A stretch of 64,000 nt of DNA from an uncultured Candidatus Bathyarchaeia archaeon (GTDB lineage Archaea > Thermoproteota > Bathyarchaeia > Hecatellales > Hecatellaceae): positions 169 to 64,168 of the forward strand of contig CAZAHF010000002.1 in the NCBI GenBank assembly GCA_964484995.1. The letters run 5' to 3'. Under the pieces are notes generated by a model that had not been told where the DNA came from, searched no databases, and saw only the letters and a program-made list of their open reading frames with translations. Of this stretch, positions 39,263-48,036 are shown in pieces. Positions within the stretch are counted from its first letter, which is position 1, and the number at the start of each line of letters is the position of its first letter. Made by a program: the position numbers and the translations under genes.

Positions 39263-39622
39263 GTGGAGATGGATTTGGAGGCAAAACTTAAAATTCTCCT
39301 GCTAACAGCCATAGTAGCTGTTTTAATTGGTATAGGAGTAACCTCCACTTTTGCAGGTGCTGCTGAAGTAGGTGAAAAAGCAGCTGTTGATTCTCAAGCA
39401 TTGGGAATGATAGCTTTAAGTGCAGCTATAGCTATTGCCATACCAGGTATTGGTGCTGCTTTTGGTCTTGGTATGGCTACATCAGCTATTGCTGCTGCTG
39501 GTGCCGAAAGACCTGAAATTATAGGTAGATTCTTTATATTCATTGTATTCATTGAAGCTATTGCCATCTATGCACTTATAGTGGCAATCTTTATCATAAC
39601 AATGCTTCCAGCATACCTTTAA
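39263..39622 (+). CDS. atpK: A/V-type ATP synthase proteolipid subunit K (c subunit)
   Basis: 119-aa two-helix Gly/Ala-rich proteolipid with conserved carboxylate in FIEAIAIYALIVA. Confidence 0.85.
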   Translation: MEMDLEAKLKILLLTAIVAVLIGIGVTSTFAGAAEVGEKAAVDSQALGMIALSAAIAIAIPGIGAAFGLGMATSAIAAAGAERPEIIGRFFIFIVFIEAIAIYALIVAIFIITMLPAYL

Positions 39623-39718
39623 AGTAAAATAATCTAAACTAAGCCCCAAATTTTTTAACCTTATAAACTAGAAAACTTACTGTTAGGTATCTACCTAAAA
39701 ATATGAGAGGTTAAAGTC

Positions 39719-39877
39719 TTGGTTGAATGTCCTCAATGTAAGGGTAGTAATGTTTCAAAAGTTAAGGAGTGGGAGGTAAAACCAAAAAAGAAGACTGGTC
39801 CAGCTCTCCACGTTACACTTTACCAGTGTAATGGTTGTGGTAAAAAGTTTAGAGTTGCAGAAAAATTAAGCTCCTAA
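39719..39877 (+). CDS. unannotated small zinc-ribbon protein (about 52 aa, TTG start)
   Basis: not in the ORF track (too short): ...VECPQCKGSNVSKVKEWEVKPKKKTGPALHVTLYQCNGCGKKFRVAEKLSS; two CxxC pairs; GAGAGG 9 nt upstream; TATA-like CTTATAAA near 39660. Confidence 0.3.
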   Translation: MVECPQCKGSNVSKVKEWEVKPKKKTGPALHVTLYQCNGCGKKFRVAEKLSS

Positions 39878-40135
39878 AACCTAAAGTCTTCAAGGTTTTG
39901 TCTTAAAACAAATTTTACATCATATTTTGTCTTAAAAGTCTTACCGCAGCTTGGACATGTTAAAGGAAAAACTATCTTAATAAGACTGAAAAGATTTTTT
40001 TGGGGACAATAAATAAATGCTTCATTTTCAGGGTAATTCGAAATTTTAATTACATGTTTCCGCTTCATCAATGGTAACCCTATACTACTATTTCCTCTTA
40101 AAATAAAATTTTTAATGTTTTTGTTGTTACAATGG

Positions 40136-40903
40136 TTAAATAAGAAGTAGCAGAAGAAAAACCGACATTACACCTGTTAGGTATATTCCGTCAAAAGTTC
40201 CAGCACCACCTATACTTATTAGTGGTGAGCCAACCTTAGTTATTTTACCAAGATTAAGAATATCAGCACCAATAAGAGTGCCAATAGTTCCTGAAACATA
40301 ACCTATAACATACGGATTATTTAAAGTATAAACAGGAAAAACGATTAGGGTAAGTATAACGGTTAAAAGTGGAGGAATAAATCCTGGAAGAGCAATCCCA
40401 AGACCTGGCACCACTCTTGATAGTCTCTTAGCGACAATAGCAATAATCACGGTAACAATAAAGATTTTAAGGTAAGCAATCGATGGGTTTGGGTCAAACG
40501 TAGGGATACTGTAAGCTAGCAGATAAAAGGATACAAGTATAGGGATTATTGCTCCACCAAGATTAACAGCTAAAACTGTTTTTTGTTTTCCAACTACAAC
40601 CTCTGGAATAATCCATTTAAACCCGAAAAAGGAAACTTCACGTGAAACAATTATAGGTTGTTCTGAAACAAATTCCTTTATAGGAAAGTTTATTGCACTA
40701 CCAAGTAAAGAAAACCATACAACCAAAATAACTAAAAACCAAGGAAGACCTAAACCATACCTAAAAACAGGGCCAAGAAAAAATAGGAAAAGAGGAAAAA
40801 GAAAAAAGGCTAAAAAGAGTAGTGCCACAAAATGTGGTAAAATTATGGGTTGAAAAAGAATCCTTTTTCTTCTCGCCTTGTACCCTTCTAAACCATTAAA
40901 CAA
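40136..40903 (-). CDS. hypothetical polytopic membrane protein (possibly DUF1614-like)
   Basis: 255 aa, 6-7 TM segments; GADILNLGKI and GAGTFDGIY motifs. Confidence 0.4.
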   Translation of the reverse strand: MFNGLEGYKARRKRILFQPIILPHFVALLFLAFFLFPLFLFFLGPVFRYGLGLPWFLVILVVWFSLLGSAINFPIKEFVSEQPIIVSREVSFFGFKWIIPEVVVGKQKTVLAVNLGGAIIPILVSFYLLAYSIPTFDPNPSIAYLKIFIVTVIIAIVAKRLSRVVPGLGIALPGFIPPLLTVILTLIVFPVYTLNNPYVIGYVSGTIGTLIGADILNLGKITKVGSPLISIGGAGTFDGIYLTGVMSVFLLLLLI

Positions 40904-41010
40904 AGTAAACCCATCCGAAAGCTAAGATACAGACTTATAGGTTATTTATTTTTTCTTTAATAGGATGCAGCTATCAGCAAAAGACATTTATCGTTTAATT
41001 AACATTTTTT

Positions 41011-41071
41011 GTTTGGATGATGAGTGGCGACGACACTGAGCTTGATGAATGTGCCCACTTTCTGACAAAAA
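41011..41071 (+). ncRNA. candidate C/D box sRNA (2'-O-methylation guide)
   Basis: C box AUGAUGA (41017-41023), 12-nt guide, D' CUGA (41036-41039), C' UGAUGA (41043-41048), 13-nt guide, D box CUGA (41062-41065); locally GC-rich in an AT-rich intergenic region; terminal TTTG/CAAA pairing. Confidence 0.55.
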
Positions 41072-41073
41072 TT

Positions 41074-41508
41074 TTAGATGTCAAAAAGAACCTTAACCGT
41101 TACATTTCCATTTTCTTTTTTTATTTCCATTCCATGGTAGGTTACAGCTTTAATTCCAACCTTTGAAATATGCTTTTCAGGGTTGTAGTGTTCCCCTAAA
41201 GCTTCCGCCTCTAGTTTTAGCTTACCATTAAGCTTTTCAATTTTGTGAATTTTAAACTTTGAAAAAAGAATATTTTCAACCTCAAACTTAACTAAAAGTT
41301 CTTCAAGCCAGTTATAGAGTAAAGATTCTTCATCTTCACCTTCAACAACAAAATTAACTTTAACTTCAGGAGATACATCTTTAAGGTTTGTCATAGCTTC
41401 AAACATAGCTAAGGCTGCGTTTTCGAAAGCTTCCTCTAAACTTTTACCGTAAGCAGCTACGTAAATGTCACTAACATGCTCTAGAAAGGTAAACTTCTCT
41501 TCATCCAT
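41074..41508 (-). CDS. archease (RtcB tRNA ligase cofactor)
   Basis: 144 aa; N-terminal FLEHVSDIYVAAYG matches the archease motif. Confidence 0.85.
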   Translation of the reverse strand: MDEEKFTFLEHVSDIYVAAYGKSLEEAFENAALAMFEAMTNLKDVSPEVKVNFVVEGEDEESLLYNWLEELLVKFEVENILFSKFKIHKIEKLNGKLKLEAEALGEHYNPEKHISKVGIKAVTYHGMEIKKENGNVTVKVLFDI

Positions 41509-41557
41509 TTTATGTTCACCAAAACCAAGAATATTTAGTCGTCCAAAGACTAAGAAT

Positions 41558-42529
41558 CTATTGGTGAAGCGTTCTCCTTAAACTTTTAAACTTTTTAAGG
41601 TAGTCTTCAGTTTGAGGTATATTAACTGGTGTTAGATGAGCTTGTAACCCTAAATCTTTTAGGGGGTCTAAACCTAAAATTAACCCAATAAATTCTGATA
41701 TATGTAAGACAGGTAAACCTAAATTTTTGTCTCCTTTTTTTGGAGCTTCATCAAAAACAGAGAGACACATTGGACATGGAACAAGTAAGAGGTCTGCTTC
41801 TGCCTCCCTGATGTTTCTAAGTTTTGCTTCTGTAATCTTTAGTGAAACTTCTGGAGTATATTCTGGCTGAAAAAAGTCGCCGCCACAACAAATATGTTTT
41901 TCCTCATAGTTAACAACCTTACCTCCAAGAAGCTCAACTAATTCATCCATAAAAGTTGGATTTTCAGCGCTTCCAAGAACTTCTTCAGGAAAAGTTTTTA
42001 GGTAATGACATCCATAGTGGCATGCGACTTTAAGCCCATTAAGCTTAACCTTTTGAAGCTTAATAATTTTTTCTTTAACCTTATAAAAAACCTCAGCAAC
42101 ATGAAAGACTTTAATATCCCAAGCTGGTTTAACACCAACTTTATGTAAAACCTTTTCAACTTCAACCTTTCCACCTTTTTTATCAATGTCTTTTAAGACA
42201 TGGTAAAAAGAAGCATAACAACCATTACATGGGGTTACAAGATTTTCAGCATATTTTTTTGCTATAGAAAGATTCCATCCTATTAAGGTTGCAAAACTTT
42301 TAAACGGCATAAACCCTGAAAAATAGGCTAAACCACCACAACAAGCCTCATCTTGGGATGTATAAACTTCAAACCCTAAAAGCCTTAAAGTTTTTTGGGT
42401 TGAAACCTCAATTCCAGGATACTTACTTTTTGAAATACATCCCCGATAAAGAAAGATAGAGCCTTTTTCAGGAATCTTAGCTAACTTATCTTCAGCTCGA
42501 ATAATATATCTCCCCCTAAACTTTATCAA
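41558..42529 (-). CDS. hdrB: heterodisulfide reductase subunit B-like (two CCG domains)
   Basis: two Cys-rich CCG motifs (…ACCGG…, …ICCGGDFF…) with downstream CxxC partners; downstream of hdrC with overlap. Confidence 0.85.
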   Translation of the reverse strand: MIKFRGRYIIRAEDKLAKIPEKGSIFLYRGCISKSKYPGIEVSTQKTLRLLGFEVYTSQDEACCGGLAYFSGFMPFKSFATLIGWNLSIAKKYAENLVTPCNGCYASFYHVLKDIDKKGGKVEVEKVLHKVGVKPAWDIKVFHVAEVFYKVKEKIIKLQKVKLNGLKVACHYGCHYLKTFPEEVLGSAENPTFMDELVELLGGKVVNYEEKHICCGGDFFQPEYTPEVSLKITEAKLRNIREAEADLLLVPCPMCLSVFDEAPKKGDKNLGLPVLHISEFIGLILGLDPLKDLGLQAHLTPVNIPQTEDYLKKFKSLRRTLHQ

Positions 42530-43052
42530 GATTTTTGTAGGTTAACTTAAGCTTATCAACAAAACTTTTGAAGCCTGTTTCCTCAAAAATCCTTTTTAGT
42601 TTTTTTAAAGACTCCTCAGGAAGTTCTGTTGTTGAAGGTAAACCTATAAACTTTCTTAGGTTTATCCTTCCAAACGGGAAGATAGCTCCTGTTTTAATCA
42701 GATTTTCTATAGGCCCTTGTAAAACATCATAGATTTTTTTGGATAACCCTCTAGTTAAGGCGTATTCTCTTAAACGTAAAATTATGTCTGGTAGCGGGAC
42801 ACTATGAGGACATAGGTTTACACATTCAAAACAAAGAAAACATCTCCAAATAGTCTCAGATTTGGCTAGGTAATCAAGGTTATCTTTTAAAATTTCAGAA
42901 GCTAAAAGTCGAGGACTAAAATAAAGTTTTGGGTCAGTAAATCTTGCGGGTGGACATGAGGATGTGCATATACCACACTGAAGACATGGTGTTACCGCTT
43001 TAACTAAAACTGTCTTTTCTTCTTTAGTTAATACTTCCCTAAGTTCAGCCAA
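42516..43052 (-). CDS. hdrC: heterodisulfide reductase subunit C-like (2x[4Fe-4S])
   Basis: CLQCGICTSSCP and CFLCFECVNLCP ferredoxin motifs; 178 aa. Confidence 0.85.
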   Translation of the reverse strand: MAELREVLTKEEKTVLVKAVTPCLQCGICTSSCPPARFTDPKLYFSPRLLASEILKDNLDYLAKSETIWRCFLCFECVNLCPHSVPLPDIILRLREYALTRGLSKKIYDVLQGPIENLIKTGAIFPFGRINLRKFIGLPSTTELPEESLKKLKRIFEETGFKSFVDKLKLTYKNLDKV

Positions 43053-43154
43053 ACTTAAGATACCCTTTTGGTTTTAAGAAAAAAAGACAAATTTACATAT
43101 AAGGATAACCTCTAAACTTTTGCCAATTTATTTTGTGAAAGGTGGGCTTAAGAA

Positions 43155-43541
43155 ATGGCTGAAAAAAGTTTTAGTTTAAAATTTGAGTTAACACTTTTAA
43201 CTGGTAGAACAACAGAACAAGCCATAAGTTCTTTGAAAGGAAAAAATTTGGAGGAGTATAAGAAGGTAGCTGCGGTTGTTTATCTGTCTGAGAAAGATAT
43301 GGAAAAGATGGCTTTAAAGGATGGTGAAAATGTTAAATTAGAAACCGATGCTGGTTTTGTTGTTGTTAAAGCAAGAAAAAGTGAGGAGGTTAGTGAAGGG
43401 CTTGCTGTTATACCTCCTGGACCTTGGTTAAATATGTTAGTTCAACCTAAGCTTGGTGAGGCAGGAATACCTATAACAAGAAACATAAAGGTGATTATTG
43501 AAAAAACAAGTGAAAATATAACAACTCCAAGCTTTACTTAG
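43155..43541 (+). CDS. fwdD: FwdD/FmdD-like molybdopterin dinucleotide-binding domain protein
   Basis: 128 aa; LTLLTGRT...VVVKA...VIPPGPWLN pattern matches formylmethanofuran dehydrogenase subunit D (MopB C-terminal beta-barrel). Confidence 0.65.
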   Translation: MAEKSFSLKFELTLLTGRTTEQAISSLKGKNLEEYKKVAAVVYLSEKDMEKMALKDGENVKLETDAGFVVVKARKSEEVSEGLAVIPPGPWLNMLVQPKLGEAGIPITRNIKVIIEKTSENITTPSFT

Positions 43542-44862
43542 TAGTTAAAAGTTCTTTTAATACTTTTTCAAAGTTACCAGCCTCAAAAGCCAGCCTAGGA
43601 GTCTTATCTTTTAGAAGTTTTATTGTTGACTCTATTCTCTGCTTAGTTAAATCTTTAACTTCCGGTGGTAAACCCCACTTTTCCTCGCTTATTTCTGGTG
43701 GTGGCCTATAAGCTTCAACCTCAACCTTTAACATTCTCTCATAGATAGGTGGTTTTTCTTCAACTTTCCCAACTAAAAGGTTAAAGACTCTTATCCTAGC
43801 TTTTTCCCATGGTTTACCAGTATCTTCACCTATAAGATTGTAGCTTTCTCTCTCAACCTTAATTACTTGTTCAGGACAAGCTTTTTCACATGCTCCACAA
43901 AAAACACAAAAATCTTCAACCACATCTATTTTTTTCTCTGTTTTTGGGGGATAGATACATTTTACTGGACAAATGTTAAAACAGTTTTTACATCCAAGAG
44001 GATCGCATTTTTCAAGCTGTACGAATTCAATCTTACCTTTAAGAGGTTTTTCTACGGTTAAGGCTTCAACAGGACATTTTGCTGCACATAAACCACAATC
44101 AACACATTTTTCCTCATCAATATTTATCTCTCCACTAACTTTTGGTTCAAGAATTTTTCTTGGTGGAGCATATTCACATGAAACTTTTATAGCCTCAGAA
44201 GGACAAATTTTTTCGCATAACCCACAGTAATCACATTTTTCTTTTTCAACAGCTATTCCTAAGGCTGGTTTATAGTCTGGAGGTTTAGGTTCACTCCAAA
44301 AAATCTTTATTGCATCACATAGGAGTTCACAAAGCCCACAATAACTACATTTTTCCTCGTCAATTTCTATTGTGCCTTTAACCTCTTTTTCTCCACCCTC
44401 TTTCTCATATTTTACAAGGTCTTCTTTCTTCTCAACCTCAACCTTGACTTCGATAGCTTCCCTTGGACAGACTTTACTGCAGAGTAAACATGGAAGACAT
44501 TTTTCTTTTTCAAGTTTATGTTTACCTTTAATCTTTGAATATGTATCTTCAACCTTTAAACCATCAATACTCATTTTTAGTGAGTTAAAGAAACATAAGG
44601 AAACACAAATCCCGCAAAAAGTACATTTTTCCTCATCTATGTTTATTAGAGGGGCTTCCTCTAATCTGCCTGCAGCCACCTCAACTATGGGACCAAGAGT
44701 TATAGCTTCCCATGGACACACCGTGCAAAGACCACAACCAGAACATCTTTTAAGAATATAGTCTAACTCTTTTTTGAGGATTGATGTTTTCCAGAAATAT
44801 TTTAAAGTTGAGTTAACAATCTCAAATTCAACTGTCGGCTTTTCTTTAAGCTTCTCAGCCAT
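43534..44862 (-). CDS. polyferredoxin (8x[4Fe-4S]; FwdF/MvhB-like)
   Basis: eight CxxCxxCxxxCP-type motifs read in the 442-aa translation. Confidence 0.85.
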   Translation of the reverse strand: MAEKLKEKPTVEFEIVNSTLKYFWKTSILKKELDYILKRCSGCGLCTVCPWEAITLGPIVEVAAGRLEEAPLINIDEEKCTFCGICVSLCFFNSLKMSIDGLKVEDTYSKIKGKHKLEKEKCLPCLLCSKVCPREAIEVKVEVEKKEDLVKYEKEGGEKEVKGTIEIDEEKCSYCGLCELLCDAIKIFWSEPKPPDYKPALGIAVEKEKCDYCGLCEKICPSEAIKVSCEYAPPRKILEPKVSGEINIDEEKCVDCGLCAAKCPVEALTVEKPLKGKIEFVQLEKCDPLGCKNCFNICPVKCIYPPKTEKKIDVVEDFCVFCGACEKACPEQVIKVERESYNLIGEDTGKPWEKARIRVFNLLVGKVEEKPPIYERMLKVEVEAYRPPPEISEEKWGLPPEVKDLTKQRIESTIKLLKDKTPRLAFEAGNFEKVLKELLTTK

Positions 44863-44872
44863 ACCTCATGTT

Positions 44873-47245
44873 TCACCCCGTTAAAACAGTCTTTTGTAGT
44901 TCAGCACCTAAAGGTCCGAGTTCTCCTACCCTGTTAACAAAATCCCTTATAATTTTAGCTATTCTTTCACCTTCCGAGGCTGAGGCGCTTTCAATTATAA
45001 GTCTCTCTGGGTTTATTCCAGCAGCCTCTAAAACCTTTCTTAGTTTTTCAACCCTTTCAGATGCTTTTTTAAATCCTCTTCTATAGTGGCAGTCGTTTTC
45101 ATGACAGCCTAAAACCGCGACACCATCAGCTCCAAGTCTAAAAGCTTCAAGTATATGTAGGATGCTTATTCTAGCTGTGCATGGAACTTGAATTATACGT
45201 ATGTTGGTTGGGTAGGGAATTCTATTAAGTCCAGCCATATCTGCAGCAGCATAACCACACCATCGACAAAGAAAACCAACAATCAAAGGTTTTTCTCTTT
45301 TCTCCTTTAAAAGAGCATTTAACATACTGTAAATTTGTTTATCGTTCAAACCTGGAAGTATAATTGCTTCTGTTGGACATACAGATGCACATGCACCACA
45401 ACCCATACAGCTAACCTCATCAACAATAATCTTTTTTTCAACCCTTTTAATTGCATTAAAATCGCATGTTCGAGTACAAAGTCCACAAACAATACATTTT
45501 GTAAGGTCTATTTTTGGTGATTCAACCTCAAACTCAAGTTCAGGTTGAGAGAGAAGAGAAATAACTCTTGAAGCTGCTAAACCTGCATGGGATACAGATT
45601 CAGTTATGTCTTTTGGTCCTTGAGCAGTTCCTACAATAAAGATTCCTTTTGTAAAGGTGTCTGCAGGTCTAAGTTTTGGATGTTCTTCCAAGAAAAATCC
45701 ATTTTCATCCAATGATATTTTTAGGATTCTCGCTAACTCCTGATTATCCGGGTTTGCCTCCATCCCAACGCTTAAAATGATAAGGTCATAATCACCAGTT
45801 TTTGTTTCACATGTTAAAGTATCCTCATAAAAAACTCTAAGCTTATCCTTTGATTTTACAACTCTTCCAACCTTACCTCGAACAAAATTTACACCAACCT
45901 CCTTAGCTTTTAAAAATGCTTCCTCATGACCTTTACCAGAAGCCCTAATATCAGTATAAAAAATTGTAACCTCCATTTCAGGATGAAGACTTTTAGTTTC
46001 CATAGCCTGTTTTATTGCATACATACAACAAACACGGCTACAGTAGGGTTTGCCAAACTTTTGAGACCGGCTTCCAACACACTGAATAAAACATATTTTT
46101 TTTGGAGGCTTACTGTTTGATGGTCTTAAAAGTTTACCTTTTGTTGGTCCAGCTGGATGTATAAGTCTTTCAAATTCAGCTCCTGTAACAACATCTAGAT
46201 ATCTTCCATAACCATACTGTTCGATTAGCTTAGGATTTATAGGTTGAAAACCAACAGCAACAACAATTGCACCAACTTTTTCTTTTATTACTACATCTTT
46301 ATCTTCAAGGTTTATTGCTTCTTTTTCGCATACAGCAATACAGGATCTACAGCCTACACAGTTTTCAAAGTCTATGTATGGAGCAACAGGAACAGCTTCA
46401 GAAAAAGGTTTAACGATTGCTTTTCTTCTTCCCATACCATACTCATATTCATTTGGAACTTCAACAGGGCATATCTCAATACATTTATCACAACCATTAC
46501 ATTTTTCCTCATCAACATATCTAGCCTTCTTAAAAAGCTCAACCTCATAGTTTCCAGCAGCACCTCTAACAGAAACAAGATTACATAAAGTGTAAACTTT
46601 AATGTTTGGATGATTATAAACCTCAGACATTAAAGGTCCAAGAATACATATACTACAGTCTAATGTAGGAAAAACTTTATCCCATTTAGCCATATGACCG
46701 CCGAGAAAACCAGACTTTTCAACAAGAATTACTTTTAGTCCAGCATTAGCCAAATTTAAGGCTACAGTTATACCTGCAACTCCTCCACCTAAAACTAAAA
46801 CTTTACGTTCAACAGGAACCTTCATTTTTTCTATTTTTGAAGCCGAGGCTGCACTTGCAACTGCCATTTCTATAAGGTCTAAAGCCTTTAAGGTTGCTTT
46901 ATCCATGTTTAACCAGTGAACCCAGCTACACTGTTCTCTTATATTTGCGATTTGAACATAGCCTCTATTAATCCCGGCTTCTTCAACGGTTTTCTTAAAA
47001 AGTTCGCCGTGAAGTCTAGGTGTGCAACATGCAACTACAACACGTTCCAGCTTCTCGTTTTTTATTGTATCCTTAATTTTTTGTAAACCTGACTCGCTAC
47101 AAAGATGCAAGTCATCTACACATATGATACCATGTTTTTTTGAAAAATAGTCTACAAGTCTTTGAATATCAATAAAACCAGCAATGTTTGTTCCACAATG
47201 ACAAATAAAAACACCTATCTTGTTCTCTTCTTTTCTATTCTCCAA
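44873..47245 (-). CDS. hdrA: heterodisulfide reductase subunit A with C-terminal fused MvhD domain
   Basis: 790 aa; N-terminal Cys cluster, FAD-binding VLVLGGGVAGITVAL, inserted ferredoxin domains, and C-terminal MvhD-like VGFLCRWCGYAAADMAG...VPCTARI...LGCHENDCHYRRG. Confidence 0.9.
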   Translation of the reverse strand: MENRKEENKIGVFICHCGTNIAGFIDIQRLVDYFSKKHGIICVDDLHLCSESGLQKIKDTIKNEKLERVVVACCTPRLHGELFKKTVEEAGINRGYVQIANIREQCSWVHWLNMDKATLKALDLIEMAVASAASASKIEKMKVPVERKVLVLGGGVAGITVALNLANAGLKVILVEKSGFLGGHMAKWDKVFPTLDCSICILGPLMSEVYNHPNIKVYTLCNLVSVRGAAGNYEVELFKKARYVDEEKCNGCDKCIEICPVEVPNEYEYGMGRRKAIVKPFSEAVPVAPYIDFENCVGCRSCIAVCEKEAINLEDKDVVIKEKVGAIVVAVGFQPINPKLIEQYGYGRYLDVVTGAEFERLIHPAGPTKGKLLRPSNSKPPKKICFIQCVGSRSQKFGKPYCSRVCCMYAIKQAMETKSLHPEMEVTIFYTDIRASGKGHEEAFLKAKEVGVNFVRGKVGRVVKSKDKLRVFYEDTLTCETKTGDYDLIILSVGMEANPDNQELARILKISLDENGFFLEEHPKLRPADTFTKGIFIVGTAQGPKDITESVSHAGLAASRVISLLSQPELEFEVESPKIDLTKCIVCGLCTRTCDFNAIKRVEKKIIVDEVSCMGCGACASVCPTEAIILPGLNDKQIYSMLNALLKEKREKPLIVGFLCRWCGYAAADMAGLNRIPYPTNIRIIQVPCTARISILHILEAFRLGADGVAVLGCHENDCHYRRGFKKASERVEKLRKVLEAAGINPERLIIESASASEGERIAKIIRDFVNRVGELGPLGAELQKTVLTG

Positions 47246-47403
47246 GCTTTTACCACCTTTAACATGGAGGGTTAGCTTGGTTCACCCCAGACTTTCTCCT
47301 TCTTCACCACAAAAACCCATATGTTTCTGGATAAAAAAAATTGTGCAGCGTACTATTTAAGTGATGGAAAATAAGTATTTTTGAGGCTTATGAAGGATTA
47401 AAA

Positions 47404-47880
47404 GTGGTGGTAAGTTTGTCTAAAAAAATTTCACCTTTAACTGTTTATAGGTATCTTCCAGGGATAAACTGTAAAAAATGTGGTTATCCTTCATGTATGG
47501 CTTTTGCCTCAAAACTTTTAATGAGAGAAGCTAAAATTGAAGACTGCCCAATTCTTTTTGAGCCAAAGTATAAGAGTAAACTTGAAGGTTTAAAGGAGCT
47601 TTTAAAGCCTTTACTTGAAACCTATGAGACTGGTTTAGAGCTTGATGAGGATAAGTGCGTTGGGTGTGGAAACTGTGTTGTTGTATGTCCAGTTAATGTT
47701 ATGGAGGATGTTGATGTTAGTAAGGGTCTTGGAACTATAAGTGATAATGTTATTATGAGAGTTGAAGACGGAAAACTTAAGATAATCAACCTTAAAAAAT
47801 GTCGACGTTTTCCACCTTCAAGGCTTGACTGCCGTGTTTGTGAACAATTTTGCTATACTGGAGCTATTAGGGTGTATTAG
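47404..47880 (+). CDS. iron-sulfur protein with CFeSP/CdhE-type N-terminal Fe-S domain plus 2x[4Fe-4S] ferredoxin domain (FwdG/H-like position)
   Basis: YRYLPGINCKKCGYPSCMAFASKLL resembles the corrinoid Fe-S protein N-terminal cluster domain; CVGCGNCVVVCP ferredoxin motif; immediately upstream of the fwdB-like gene. Confidence 0.55.
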   Translation: MVVSLSKKISPLTVYRYLPGINCKKCGYPSCMAFASKLLMREAKIEDCPILFEPKYKSKLEGLKELLKPLLETYETGLELDEDKCVGCGNCVVVCPVNVMEDVDVSKGLGTISDNVIMRVEDGKLKIINLKKCRRFPPSRLDCRVCEQFCYTGAIRVY

Positions 47881-48036
47881 CTTTAGGTTAAAGTTTCAGT
47901 TAAACTAATATTTTTCATATGCAAAAAATTAAACATCAATAAGACAGTAAAAATTGGAGGCTGAGGTTGTATAGAAAATCCTAATATAACTAAAACAGTT
48001 TGCACCGGGTGTTCTCTTCTTTGCGACGACATTACT

